Assembly (NCBI GenBank): GCA_963745865.1
Contig: CAVUYZ010000004.1
Coordinates: forward strand, 149,288 to 213,287
Direction of reading: 5' to 3'
Source of the DNA: an uncultured bacterium
GTDB taxonomy: Bacteria > Actinomycetota > Acidimicrobiia > Spongiisociales > ZC4RG35
Length of the DNA stretch: 64,000 nucleotides
Shown piece by piece: positions 10,687 through 19,748 of this stretch. Position 1 is the first letter of the stretch, and each line of letters opens with the position of its first letter. The notes below the pieces were generated by a model. That model did no database searches and was not told the origin of the DNA. It saw only the letters and a program-made list of their open reading frames with translations. A program made the position numbers and the translations under genes.

Positions 10687-12495
10687 GATGTCGTCTCCCG
10701 GTAGACGGCGACGCCCCATGGGCCGAGCTCGATCAGCCCTCCGCCGGCCACGTCTGGGGAGCGTTGCCCGGAGCCGCCAAATCTCGGTTCTTCGGTGTCC
10801 AGCACTCTCGTCCACGATCCGTCGGGCAGCGAGGTTGTGGAGTCTGTTGCTCCGGCGTTCATGACGGTGACCACCCGCTCATCGTCCGCCTGGGACTCGA
10901 TCGTCAAGACGGTCCCCTCCCGGGTGACCCGGTGGGCGGCCGGATCCGGCGCCCCGATCGCCGGACTCGACATCCGGATCCTGATCAGGTCCGAGTACAG
11001 GGTGAGTGTGGCTGCATGCGACGGCTCCCGACGGACGGACCAGTCGAGCATCGATGCGGTGAACGTCGTCGGGTCCGCGGGATCGGGGACATGCTCTCCG
11101 GGGTTGATGAACCCGGCGAACTCCTCGGCGCGTCCAGTTGTGACCGCGCTGGACAGTTCATCGTCGCCGTGGTCGATGAAGTAGAGGAACGGCCGGGTCT
11201 CGGCCCACTCCTCGCCCATGAACAGCATTGGGACCCATGGCGAGAGCAGCGTGATCGACGCAGCGAACCTGAGGCGATCTGGCTCCACGAGAGTGGTCAG
11301 CCGATCTCCGTTGGCCCGGTTCCCGACCTGATCGTGATTTTGTGAGAACACCACGAGCGACGATCTGTCGACATCCGCTGACGATGCCCCATGCCTCCGG
11401 CCCCGGTACTGTGGAGTACCGGCCGTCGGCGATGTATCCATCGGAGAGGCCAGTGGTCAAGTCGAGGACCGCATCGGTGAAATCGGCGTAGTAGCGGGCC
11501 GTTTCACCTGTGAGCGCGACATGGAGGGCATGATGGAAGTCGTCGTTCCATGCTGCGTCGAGCCCGAGCCCGCCGTCCTTTCGGGCGCGGACCAGTCGGG
11601 GGTCGTTCGAGGAGCTCTCTGCGATCACATGAGTCACCCTGCCAAGCGACGATGCCCGCTCGTGGACGGCGTCGGCCAACTCGCCAACGAATGACCGGGC
11701 CGACTGATCGAAGATCGCGTGGACCGCGTCGAGGCGGAGACCATCGATGTGGAAGTCGTCGATCCACATGAGGGCGTTCTCGATGAAGAAGGATCGAACG
11801 TGGTCCGAGCCGCGTCCATCGAGATTGACGGCCTCGCCCCACGGCGTCTTGTATCGGTCGGTGAAGTACGGTCCGAAGTCGCGGAGGTAGTTGCCCTCGG
11901 GTCCGAGATGGTTGTAGACGACGTCGAGATAGACGGCGATCCCGGCAGAGTGACACGCATCGACCAGCCGCATCAACCCGGCCGGACCTCCGTATGAGGA
12001 CTGCGTGGCGAAGAGTCCGACTCCGTCATACCCCCAATTGCGCCGGCCCGGGAACTGCGCCACTGGCATCAGCTCGATGGCGGTGACCCCGAGATCGACG
12101 AGATCGGGGAGATGGCCGGCGACGCCGTCGAAGGTCCCGGCCTCCGAGAACGTCCCGACATGGAGTTCGTAGAGCACCTGCTGGTGGAGCGGTCGGTTGA
12201 CCCACGCACTGTCGGTCCAGTCGAACGAGAGGTCGACGACCTCCGATGCGCCATGGACCCCGTCGGGCTGGGACAACGATCCCGGGTCAGGGCGGCGGAT
12301 GTCTCCGTCGAGCCGCAGCTCGTACCGATCCCCGGGTCGGGCATCGTCGAGGTCGGCCACGAACCATCCATCCTCGGACGGAGCGAGGGCGATCCTGCGA
12401 TCGTCTCGCAGAAGGCACACGTCCACCGAGCTTTGGAATGGAGCCCAGACCCGGGCGCGACTGCGTTCGGGTGACCAGATCAATCCAGGTCTCAT
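10683..12495 (-). CDS. treZ: malto-oligosyltrehalose trehalohydrolase TreZ; frame broken by one extra nt near 11410-11416
   Basis: ORF 11158..12801 carries the GH13 core from [10 protein letters not shown] (...[38 protein letters not shown]). ORF 10683..11441 carries the C-terminus ([13 protein letters not shown]...). Removing one nt gives [12 protein letters not shown]. The ATG at 12495 overlaps the glgB stop (ATGA). Length 1813 = 3n+1. Confidence 0.88.
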
Positions 12496-14396
12496 CGTCG
12501 GAGTCGGAGGGCGACGACGCTGAGCGGTGGCAGCACCAGATCGAGGCTGTGAGGGCGACCCTGCCGTGGCACCCCGAGCGGACCGGTGTCGACCGAGCCG
12601 AGGTTGCCCTGACCGCTTCCTCCGTACACCTTCGAATCGGAGTTGAGGATCTCGTCCCACGTGCCACCCTCCGGCACGCCCACCCGGTACTGATGCCGTG
12701 GAACCGGTGTGGCGTTCACAGCGACCATCACCAGGTCCCCGTCTCTCGATCGTCGGAGGAACGTGAAGACGCTGTTGTCGGAGTCGTTGGCGTCGATCCA
12801 CTCGAACCCGCTCGGGTCACAGTCGGCGTCGTGGAGCGCCGGGACATCGCGATACACCCGGTTGAGGTCGGAAACCAACAGTGAGACGCCCCGATGCTTC
12901 GGGTCGTCGAGGAGATGCCATGCGAGGCTCGACTCGTGGTTCCATTCGGAGTCCTGGGCGATCTCGTCGCCCATGAAGAGCAGCTTCTTGCCCGGCTGCG
13001 TCCACATCACGGCCAGCAGGGTCCGCAGATTGGCGAACCGTTGCCAGTCGTCGCCCGGCATCTTCCCGATCAGCGATCCCTTGCCATGCACGACCTCGTC
13101 ATGGGAGAGGGGCAGCATGAAGTTCTCGTTGAACGCGTAGACCATGCGGAAGGTGAATTCGTGGTGGTGGTAGCGCCGGTGGATCGGCTCGTTCTCGAAG
13201 TAGGCGAGCGTGTCGTGCATCCACCCCATGTCCCACTTCATCCCGAATCCGAGTCCACCAAGAAAGGTCGGTCTGGACACCATCGGCCACGAGGTCGACT
13301 CCTCGGCGATGGTCTGGACATCGGGATACTCGCTGTAGATGGCCTCGTTCAAGTGTTGGAGGAACTGGATCGCTTCGAGGTTCTCGTTCCCCCCGTACTC
13401 GTTGGGGATCCACTCACCGTCGGATCGTGAGTAGTCGAGATACAGCATCGATGCGACCGCATCCACCCTGATCCCGTCGACGTGATAGTGGTCGAGCCAG
13501 AAGATGGCGCTCGAGATCAGGAACGACGGGACCTCGGAGCGGCCGTAGTTGAAGATCGAGGAGTGCCAGTCGGGGTGATACCCCTGCTTGGGGTCCGCGT
13601 GTTCGAACAGGTGTGTGCCGTCGAACTCCGCCAGGCCGTGAGCGTCCGCCGGGAAGTGGGATGGGACCCAGTCGAGGATCACTCCGATGCCTGCTTGGTG
13701 GAGCGTGTCGACGAGGTGCATGAAGTCCTGGGGTGTCCCGTACCGGCTGGTCGGGGCGAAGTACCCGGTGGTCTGATATCCCCACGATCCGTAGAACGGA
13801 TGCTCCATGATCGGAAGCAGCTCGACATGGGTGAATCCATGCTCTGCCGCGTAGGCGGCGAGCTTCGGTGCGATTTCCCGATAGCTGAGGGAGCGGTTCT
13901 CATCCTCGGGAATGCGCATCCACGAGCCGAGATGAACCTCGTAGACGCTGATCGGATCATCCAACCCCTGGCGGTCACGGCGTCCGTTCATCCATTCGCC
14001 GTCGCTCCACTCGTAGTCGAGATCCCAGATCTTTGATGCGGTTGCGGGAGAGGTCTCGTGATGGAACCCGAACGGGTCGGCCTTTTCGAGCCGTGATCCT
14101 GACGTGGTCTCGATCGAGTACTTGTAGGTGTGTCCCTTGTCTGCTCCCTCGACCGTGCCACCCCAGATCCCGGATGAGCCGATCGGAGACAGGATGTCCG
14201 TCGAAGCGTTCCAGCCGTTGAAGTCACCGATGACCGACACCGATCGGGCGTTGGGAGCCCAGACCGCAAAACGGGTCCCGGGACCGTCCGTTGACAGGTG
14301 GGCACCGAGCATCTGATAGGCGCGACGATGGGTGCCCTCGTTCCAAAGATGCAGGTCGTGGTCTGTCGGTCGGGTGACAGCGCTCGTTGCGGTCAT
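12492..14396 (-). CDS. glgB: 1,4-alpha-glucan branching enzyme GlgB
   Basis: Intact 634 aa ORF with [50 protein letters not shown] and [12 protein letters not shown]. Confidence 0.92.
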   Translation of the reverse strand: MTATSAVTRPTDHDLHLWNEGTHRRAYQMLGAHLSTDGPGTRFAVWAPNARSVSVIGDFNGWNASTDILSPIGSSGIWGGTVEGADKGHTYKYSIETTSGSRLEKADPFGFHHETSPATASKIWDLDYEWSDGEWMNGRRDRQGLDDPISVYEVHLGSWMRIPEDENRSLSYREIAPKLAAYAAEHGFTHVELLPIMEHPFYGSWGYQTTGYFAPTSRYGTPQDFMHLVDTLHQAGIGVILDWVPSHFPADAHGLAEFDGTHLFEHADPKQGYHPDWHSSIFNYGRSEVPSFLISSAIFWLDHYHVDGIRVDAVASMLYLDYSRSDGEWIPNEYGGNENLEAIQFLQHLNEAIYSEYPDVQTIAEESTSWPMVSRPTFLGGLGFGMKWDMGWMHDTLAYFENEPIHRRYHHHEFTFRMVYAFNENFMLPLSHDEVVHGKGSLIGKMPGDDWQRFANLRTLLAVMWTQPGKKLLFMGDEIAQDSEWNHESSLAWHLLDDPKHRGVSLLVSDLNRVYRDVPALHDADCDPSGFEWIDANDSDNSVFTFLRRSRDGDLVMVAVNATPVPRHQYRVGVPEGGTWDEILNSDSKVYGGSGQGNLGSVDTGPLGVPRQGRPHSLDLVLPPLSVVALRLRR

Positions 14397-14527
14397 CGGT
14401 GATCCTCGGGCTTGAGAGCAGGGGAGGTAGAGCAGTTACCCGACGCTACGCGGTTGGAAACGATCGCGACGAATGCCGGATCCCCGTTCGGCCAGGTCGG
14501 GTCGGATGTTCGGGTCGGTAGGGTCTG

Positions 14528-15529
14528 GTGAAGCCAGGAGCGACGATCATCTCGAAACAGCTGTTCCACCCCGAGCGGTATCACGGTCACCGTCGGCGAA
14601 CACCCTTCTTCGAGGGGTGGTATTTCAAGCTCGTCGATGAGTCCGAGCAGCAGCGCTACGCGATCATCCCGGGGATATTCCTGAGCGAGGATCCCGATGA
14701 GGAGCACGCCTTCATCCAGGTGCTGGACGGGAGCACCGGCGGGGCCAGTTACCACCGGTTCCCATCTCAGGATTTCTGGGCGGCGCATGACTCGTTCGAT
14801 GTGAAGATCGGTCCCAATCGGTTCTGGAATGGTGGCCTCGAACTCGACATCTCCGACGAGCACCGTCAGCTCTCCGGTCGCGTCGAGATCATCGACCCGA
14901 CACCGTGGCCGGTGAGCTGGACCTCGCTCGGGATCATGGGCCCATACGGGTGGGCGCCGGGCATGGAGTGCAATCACGGCGTTGTCAGTCTCGATCACGG
15001 GCTCGAGGGTGAGCTCGCCATTTCGGGAGAGACCGTCGACTTCTCCGGTGGCAGGGGATACGTCGAGAAGGACTGGGGCAAGTCGTTCCCCGCCGGATAT
15101 GTGTGGATCCAGTCGAACCACTTCGAGCAAGTCGGGGTGAGCTTCGTCGGCTCGATCGCCATCATCCCGTGGGTCTTCTCCGCTTTCCCCGGTTTCATCA
15201 TCGGGTTCTGGCACGAGGGTCGATTGTTCCGGTTCGCGACATACACCGGGGCGGAGACGCAGCACCTGAAGATCTCGGACGAGTCGATCGAATGGGTCGT
15301 GGCCGATGGCGAGCACGTGCTCGGCATCGAGGCGCGTCGTGCCAAGGGCGGGCTACTGCTCGGCCCGACCCGTGAGCGAATGAGCGACCGGGTCGGTGAG
15401 ACGATGCTGTCGGAAGTGCATCTCGATCTGCGCACGACGTCGGGTGGTTCCGTGTTCGAAGGTGTCGGGAGGAACACCGGACTCGAAGCCCACGGCGATC
15501 TCGATCGCCTCCTCGGCATGCAGACCTGA
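14528..15529 (+). CDS. tocopherol cyclase-like family protein
   Basis: 333 aa with a GTG start. The FFEGWYFK motif near the N-terminus and the overall length match the VTE1-type tocopherol cyclase family. It is divergent from glgB. Confidence 0.6.
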   Translation: MKPGATIISKQLFHPERYHGHRRRTPFFEGWYFKLVDESEQQRYAIIPGIFLSEDPDEEHAFIQVLDGSTGGASYHRFPSQDFWAAHDSFDVKIGPNRFWNGGLELDISDEHRQLSGRVEIIDPTPWPVSWTSLGIMGPYGWAPGMECNHGVVSLDHGLEGELAISGETVDFSGGRGYVEKDWGKSFPAGYVWIQSNHFEQVGVSFVGSIAIIPWVFSAFPGFIIGFWHEGRLFRFATYTGAETQHLKISDESIEWVVADGEHVLGIEARRAKGGLLLGPTRERMSDRVGETMLSEVHLDLRTTSGGSVFEGVGRNTGLEAHGDLDRLLGMQT

Positions 15530-15658
15530 CGACGACGAGATGCTCAACCCGTCCGTTTTGGGCTGCAGCTCGAGGAACTAGTCACCATGCAGTCCGGAAG
15601 GACCCTGCTCATGATTCGGAGGATATCGCCGATGATTTGATCAGCGGAGCGGAGTCAG

Positions 15659-15696
15659 GGGCGGACGACCGGCGCTGGTCGTCCGCCCTTTCTCTC
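15659..15696 (+). terminator. intrinsic terminator-like hairpin
   Basis: gggcggacgacc (15659..15670) pairs perfectly with ggtcgtccgccc (15677..15688) across a 6-nt loop, followed by tttctctc. Confidence 0.6.
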
Positions 15697-15714
15697 AAGG
15701 TCCGCGTACGCTCG

Positions 15715-17637
15715 ATGGCCATGACCACCATCGCCCCCTTCGGTACCTGGACATCCCCGATCAGCGCGGCCGACACCGTCTCCGGCCTCATCGGCTTCTC
15801 GGAGATCGCCGTCGACGGTCCGGATCTCTACTGGATCGAGCTCCGCCCATCGGAAGGAGGGCGGCAGGCTCTGATGAGGAGGGATGCCTCCGGGGCCATC
15901 TCAGAGGTCACCCCGGCACCGTCCCACCCCCGGACACTGGTGCATGAGTACGGTGGCGGGTCGCTGTCTGTCGGTCATGGTCGAGTCGTCTACTCCGAGT
16001 TCTCCGACCAGCGGCTGTATCTGGTCGGCGACCGCGAGGCGACTCCGGTCACTCCCGAGCCGGAGCGTCCCCGATCAGACAGGTATGCCGATGGCCGGGT
16101 CGTCGCGGATGGTCGCCGGTTGCTGTGCGTGCGAGAGCGCCATCCCGACGGGGAGGAGGCGGTCAACGAACTCGTGACGGTGGACTTGGAAACAGCCGAG
16201 GTCCGAGTTCTCGCCACCGGGCGGGACTTCTATGCGGCGCCGCGTCTCTCTCCAGACGGCAGCCGGCTCGCCTGGCTCGAATGGGATCACCCGAACATGC
16301 CGTGGGACGGAACCGAGCTGAAGACCGGCGCATTGGCGCCGGAGGGTCTGAGCGACATCGTGACGGTGGCCGGATCGCAGGACGAGTCGATCTTTCAGCC
16401 CGAGTGGAGTCCCGTCGGTGACCTGGTCTTCATATCCGATCGCACTGATTGGTGGAACCTCTATCGATCTGACGGCGTGTCGATCGACCCGATCCTCGAG
16501 ATGGATGCCGACTTCGGGGAGCCGGCGTGGGTGTTCGGTCGGAGAACATACGACTTCCTGTCCGACGGCCGAATCCTCGCCGGATGGTGGGAGGACGGTA
16601 TCCAGCAATTGGGCATCATCGATCGGGCCGGCGGTCTGAAGCGGCTACCCGATGAGCTGTCCGTCCACGGCGGGATGGTCACGGACGGAGACTCGGTGGC
16701 ATGGTTCGTGGGCGTCGGTTCTGACACTCCCAGCAGCCTGTTCCAGCTCGACGTCGACACCGGCGAGCGGACGACGATTCGCTCGAACCGCCGGCCCGCA
16801 GATCCGGAGTACATCGGAGCGCCGTCGATCGTCACCTTCCCTACCGGTGACGGAGAGGAGGCGCACGGCGTCTTCTATCCGCCCGCCAATCCCGACTTCG
16901 CTGCCCCGGAGGGGGAGCGCCCGCCGCTGATCGTGGAGATCCACGGGGGACCGACGTCGCATGTCTACCCGCGGATGAGTGCCTCCACGTTGTTCTGGAC
17001 GTCGCGTGGATTTGCGGTCGTTGACGTCAACTATCGGGGATCGACCGCCTACGGACGGGCCTTCCGCGACAAGCTGAAGGGCACGTGGGGCGTTGTCGAT
17101 GTCGAGGATTCCATGAGCGCCGCCAGATGGCTCGCCGAGCAGGGACATGTCGACGGCGAACGGCTGGTGATCACGGGCGGCAGCGCAGGCGGGTTCACGA
17201 CCCTCGCCGCTCTCGCGTTTGGTGACGCATTCAGCGCAGGCGCATCGTATTACGGGGTGGCTGATGTCGAGTTGTTGGCGGCGCACACGCACAAATTCGA
17301 GTCTCGCTACCTGGACGGCTTGGTCGGAACCGATCGCCAACTGATCCGCGAGCGATCACCGCTGTATTCGGCGGACAAGATCTCGGTTCCGGTGATCCTG
17401 TTCCAGGGACTCGAGGACAAGGTGGTTCCGCCGGAGCAGGCGGAGGCTATCGCCGCCGCTCTCGACGACAACGGCGTGCCCTATGCGCATGTCACCTACG
17501 AGGGCGAGGACCACGGGTTCCGGAAGGCGGAGAACATCGTGCACAGCCTCGAGTCGGAGTTGTCGTTCTATGGCCGGGTCTTCGGCTTTCGCCCCGCCGG
17601 TGACATCCCCTCCGTCCCCATCGTCGGAGACCTGTGA
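15715..17637 (+). CDS. S9-family serine peptidase (prolyl oligopeptidase / acylaminoacyl-peptidase type)
   Basis: N-terminal beta-propeller region followed by an alpha/beta hydrolase domain with GGSAGGF (the GxSxG nucleophile motif). ATG at 15715. Confidence 0.85.
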   Translation: MAMTTIAPFGTWTSPISAADTVSGLIGFSEIAVDGPDLYWIELRPSEGGRQALMRRDASGAISEVTPAPSHPRTLVHEYGGGSLSVGHGRVVYSEFSDQRLYLVGDREATPVTPEPERPRSDRYADGRVVADGRRLLCVRERHPDGEEAVNELVTVDLETAEVRVLATGRDFYAAPRLSPDGSRLAWLEWDHPNMPWDGTELKTGALAPEGLSDIVTVAGSQDESIFQPEWSPVGDLVFISDRTDWWNLYRSDGVSIDPILEMDADFGEPAWVFGRRTYDFLSDGRILAGWWEDGIQQLGIIDRAGGLKRLPDELSVHGGMVTDGDSVAWFVGVGSDTPSSLFQLDVDTGERTTIRSNRRPADPEYIGAPSIVTFPTGDGEEAHGVFYPPANPDFAAPEGERPPLIVEIHGGPTSHVYPRMSASTLFWTSRGFAVVDVNYRGSTAYGRAFRDKLKGTWGVVDVEDSMSAARWLAEQGHVDGERLVITGGSAGGFTTLAALAFGDAFSAGASYYGVADVELLAAHTHKFESRYLDGLVGTDRQLIRERSPLYSADKISVPVILFQGLEDKVVPPEQAEAIAAALDDNGVPYAHVTYEGEDHGFRKAENIVHSLESELSFYGRVFGFRPAGDIPSVPIVGDL

Positions 17638-17710
17638 CCCCACATCGTTCTTGTCAAGGTTGGTGGGCCATATTGCCGCCAACTCGGACAAGAACGAGTT
17701 GAATCCGGGG

Positions 17711-18742
17711 ATGCAGTTCGGGGAGATCACAACCAGGCGAGTCGTGATCCGGCGGCCGCGCCTCGGTGACGAACGCGCCCTGTACGAGCGGCGCAACGAT
17801 CCCGACGTGGCTCGATACCAGAACTGGGTGGTGCCCTTTCCGGAAGAGGATGCCCGGTCGACCATCGCCGAGACGGCGGCGCTCGCCGGCCCCGAGGTCG
17901 ATGAGTGGTGGATGGCCATCATCGCTGACGCCGTCTCTGGCGAGACACTTGGGGACCTGGTGCTGCATCTCACCTGGGGCGGACGGTCGGCCGAGATCGG
18001 GTACACGCTCCACCGGGAACACTGGGGGAAGGGGATCGCCACCGAAGCCCTCGAAGCGCTGGTCGAGTGGTTGTTCGATCAGCCTGGGGTCACTCGCGTC
18101 TTCGGCATGATCGACCCGGCGAACCTCGCATCCGCCCGGGTACTCGAACGGACCGGATTCGTGTTCGAGGCGCACACGCGATCCTCGTTCTGGAAAGGTG
18201 ATGAGGTCTCCGACGATCACATCTATGCCATGCTCCGGACCGACTGGGAGGCTTGGACGAAGAGGCCGAGGTGGCGTCCCCACTCTGTTCGGCTGGTCGA
18301 GGTCTCCGTCGACAACGAGCGCAGCGTTTCCCGGCTGAAGACCCACAAGACCCAGGAACGATTCGTGGCTCCGGTTGCTGCATCCTTTGTAGATGCGCTC
18401 TTCCCGGAGGCGGTGGATGGGGCTCGGTTGGTGCCGTGGATGCGGGCTGTCGAGGCCGATGGCGACCTCGTCGGGTTCGTCATGCTCGCCGAGATGACCG
18501 CTCATCACCCCGATCCCTACCTGTGGCGTTTTCTCGTCGACCGGCTTCATCAGCGGCGTGGCATCGGCTCGGTGGCGATGGACCTCGTGGAAGCGCAGTG
18601 CCGAGAGTGGGGTGCTACGGCGGTGACCACCAGCTGGGTGCCGGGCCGCGGGTCCCCGGAGCCGTTCTATCTCGGACGCGCATTCCGACCGACCGGTCGG
18701 GTGATCGACGGCGAGATCGAAGGACGCAAGGAGCTCGGGTGA
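17711..18742 (+). CDS. tandem GNAT N-acetyltransferase (RimJ/RimL-like domain plus second GNAT domain)
   Basis: From MQFGEITTRRVVIRRPRLGDERALYE...GYTLHREHWGKGIATEA (domain 1), then a second acetyl-CoA motif, RFLVDRLHQRRGIGSVAM. The upstream part of ORF 17483.. overlaps the peptidase and is discounted. Confidence 0.75.
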   Translation: MQFGEITTRRVVIRRPRLGDERALYERRNDPDVARYQNWVVPFPEEDARSTIAETAALAGPEVDEWWMAIIADAVSGETLGDLVLHLTWGGRSAEIGYTLHREHWGKGIATEALEALVEWLFDQPGVTRVFGMIDPANLASARVLERTGFVFEAHTRSSFWKGDEVSDDHIYAMLRTDWEAWTKRPRWRPHSVRLVEVSVDNERSVSRLKTHKTQERFVAPVAASFVDALFPEAVDGARLVPWMRAVEADGDLVGFVMLAEMTAHHPDPYLWRFLVDRLHQRRGIGSVAMDLVEAQCREWGATAVTTSWVPGRGSPEPFYLGRAFRPTGRVIDGEIEGRKELG

Positions 18743-18772
18743 ATCCGCGGTCGAACCCGGTAGCGTCTCGGC

Positions 18773-19366
18773 ATGACCGACGACGAACGAGAGCGGTGGG
18801 ATAGCCGGTACCGGTCTGGCGAGTACCAACCGCGTACCCGGCCGGCACCGTTCCTCGAAGATTGGATCCCTCGGATTCCGGTCGGGAGAGCGCTCGTCGT
18901 CGCGTGCGGTACGGGTCGTAACGCCATCAGACTGGCGGATGCAGGCTTCGACGTGGTCGGAGTCGACATCTCGTCGGTGGCGATCGGCACTGGCGCCGCC
19001 GAGGCCGAGCGACGGGGCCTCGAGGTCGACTGGCGTGTCCTCGATCTCGATCAGGTCGACATCGATCCTGCGGCATTCGATCTGATCACCGTCTTTCGGT
19101 TCCGGAGCACGACGCTGTGGCCACGATTGGTCGACGGACTCGCACCCGGTGGGCACCTGCTGGTGGAGCATCACCTGCAGACCACAGCGGATGTCGACGG
19201 CCCCACGTCGGCGGCCTTTCGCCTCGAGCCACAAGAGCTCATACGGGTGTACGCCGGACGGTTGCGAATCCTGTACTACGACGAGCGACTCGAACCGGCC
19301 GACAAGGACGGTTCTCGCTACGCCATCGCTCGTCTGGCTGCCGTGAAGGGCGATCCCGGGTTCTGA
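18773..19366 (+). CDS. class I SAM-dependent methyltransferase
   Basis: 197 aa with the motif I sequence ALVVACGTGRNAIRLA and LAPGGHLLV. Confidence 0.75.
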   Translation: MTDDERERWDSRYRSGEYQPRTRPAPFLEDWIPRIPVGRALVVACGTGRNAIRLADAGFDVVGVDISSVAIGTGAAEAERRGLEVDWRVLDLDQVDIDPAAFDLITVFRFRSTTLWPRLVDGLAPGGHLLVEHHLQTTADVDGPTSAAFRLEPQELIRVYAGRLRILYYDERLEPADKDGSRYAIARLAAVKGDPGF

Positions 19367-19374
19367 GCCGCGAC

Positions 19375-19426
19375 CGTGTGACGGAAGATCCTGAGATTTC
19401 TCTCGACTCACACGGGGGGTCACACG
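19375..19426. promoter_or_regulatory. heptamer repeats upstream of the small-ORF/SARP pair
   Basis: tcacacg occurs at 19408..19414 and 19420..19426 (direct, 12-bp period). Its reverse complement cgtgtga occurs at 19375..19381. Confidence 0.3.
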
Positions 19427-19472
19427 ACGTTGCTCCAGATTGTGTGCATGGCACGAGACAGGAGACCAAGCC

Positions 19473-19748
19473 ATGAACACCCAGAAGACCTTTGATCGAA
19501 TCGCTCATCAGATCGCCGAGCACGGAACCATCACGGAGGCAGACGCACTCGAGACCCTGGCGTTGCATGCCGCCTCCACCCATCCGGGAGCGGCCGCCGC
19601 GTTGGTCGACTGGGATGGCTCCGAGGTATCTCGGCTGCGTGCCTACTCCGTCGTCCTGGGCGCGTTGCAGAGCGATCTCTCGCTCGAGGCACTCGAGGCG
19701 CTGTCCCGCCAGATCGAGTCGGGGGCGCTCGTGGCCGTCGCAGCGTGA
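19473..19748 (+). CDS. small hypothetical protein translationally coupled to the SARP gene
   Basis: ATG at 19473 is preceded by aggag. The 91 aa product starts MNTQKTFDRIAHQIAEHG.... Its stop overlaps the GTG of the next gene (GTGA). I recognise no family. Confidence 0.5.
   Translation: MNTQKTFDRIAHQIAEHGTITEADALETLALHAASTHPGAAAALVDWDGSEVSRLRAYSVVLGALQSDLSLEALEALSRQIESGALVAVAA

Noticed and set aside
17654-19480. 608-aa ORF antisense to the GNAT and methyltransferase genes. Similar long antisense or overlapping ORFs occur at 24831..26186, 56017..57948, 14393..15316, 1696..2751 and 41038..42050.
   Set aside because: These are typical shadow ORFs of high-GC DNA. They have Arg/Pro/Gly-rich low-complexity translations and no recognisable domains. 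They lie opposite genes that have clear family signatures and correct GC3 bias.
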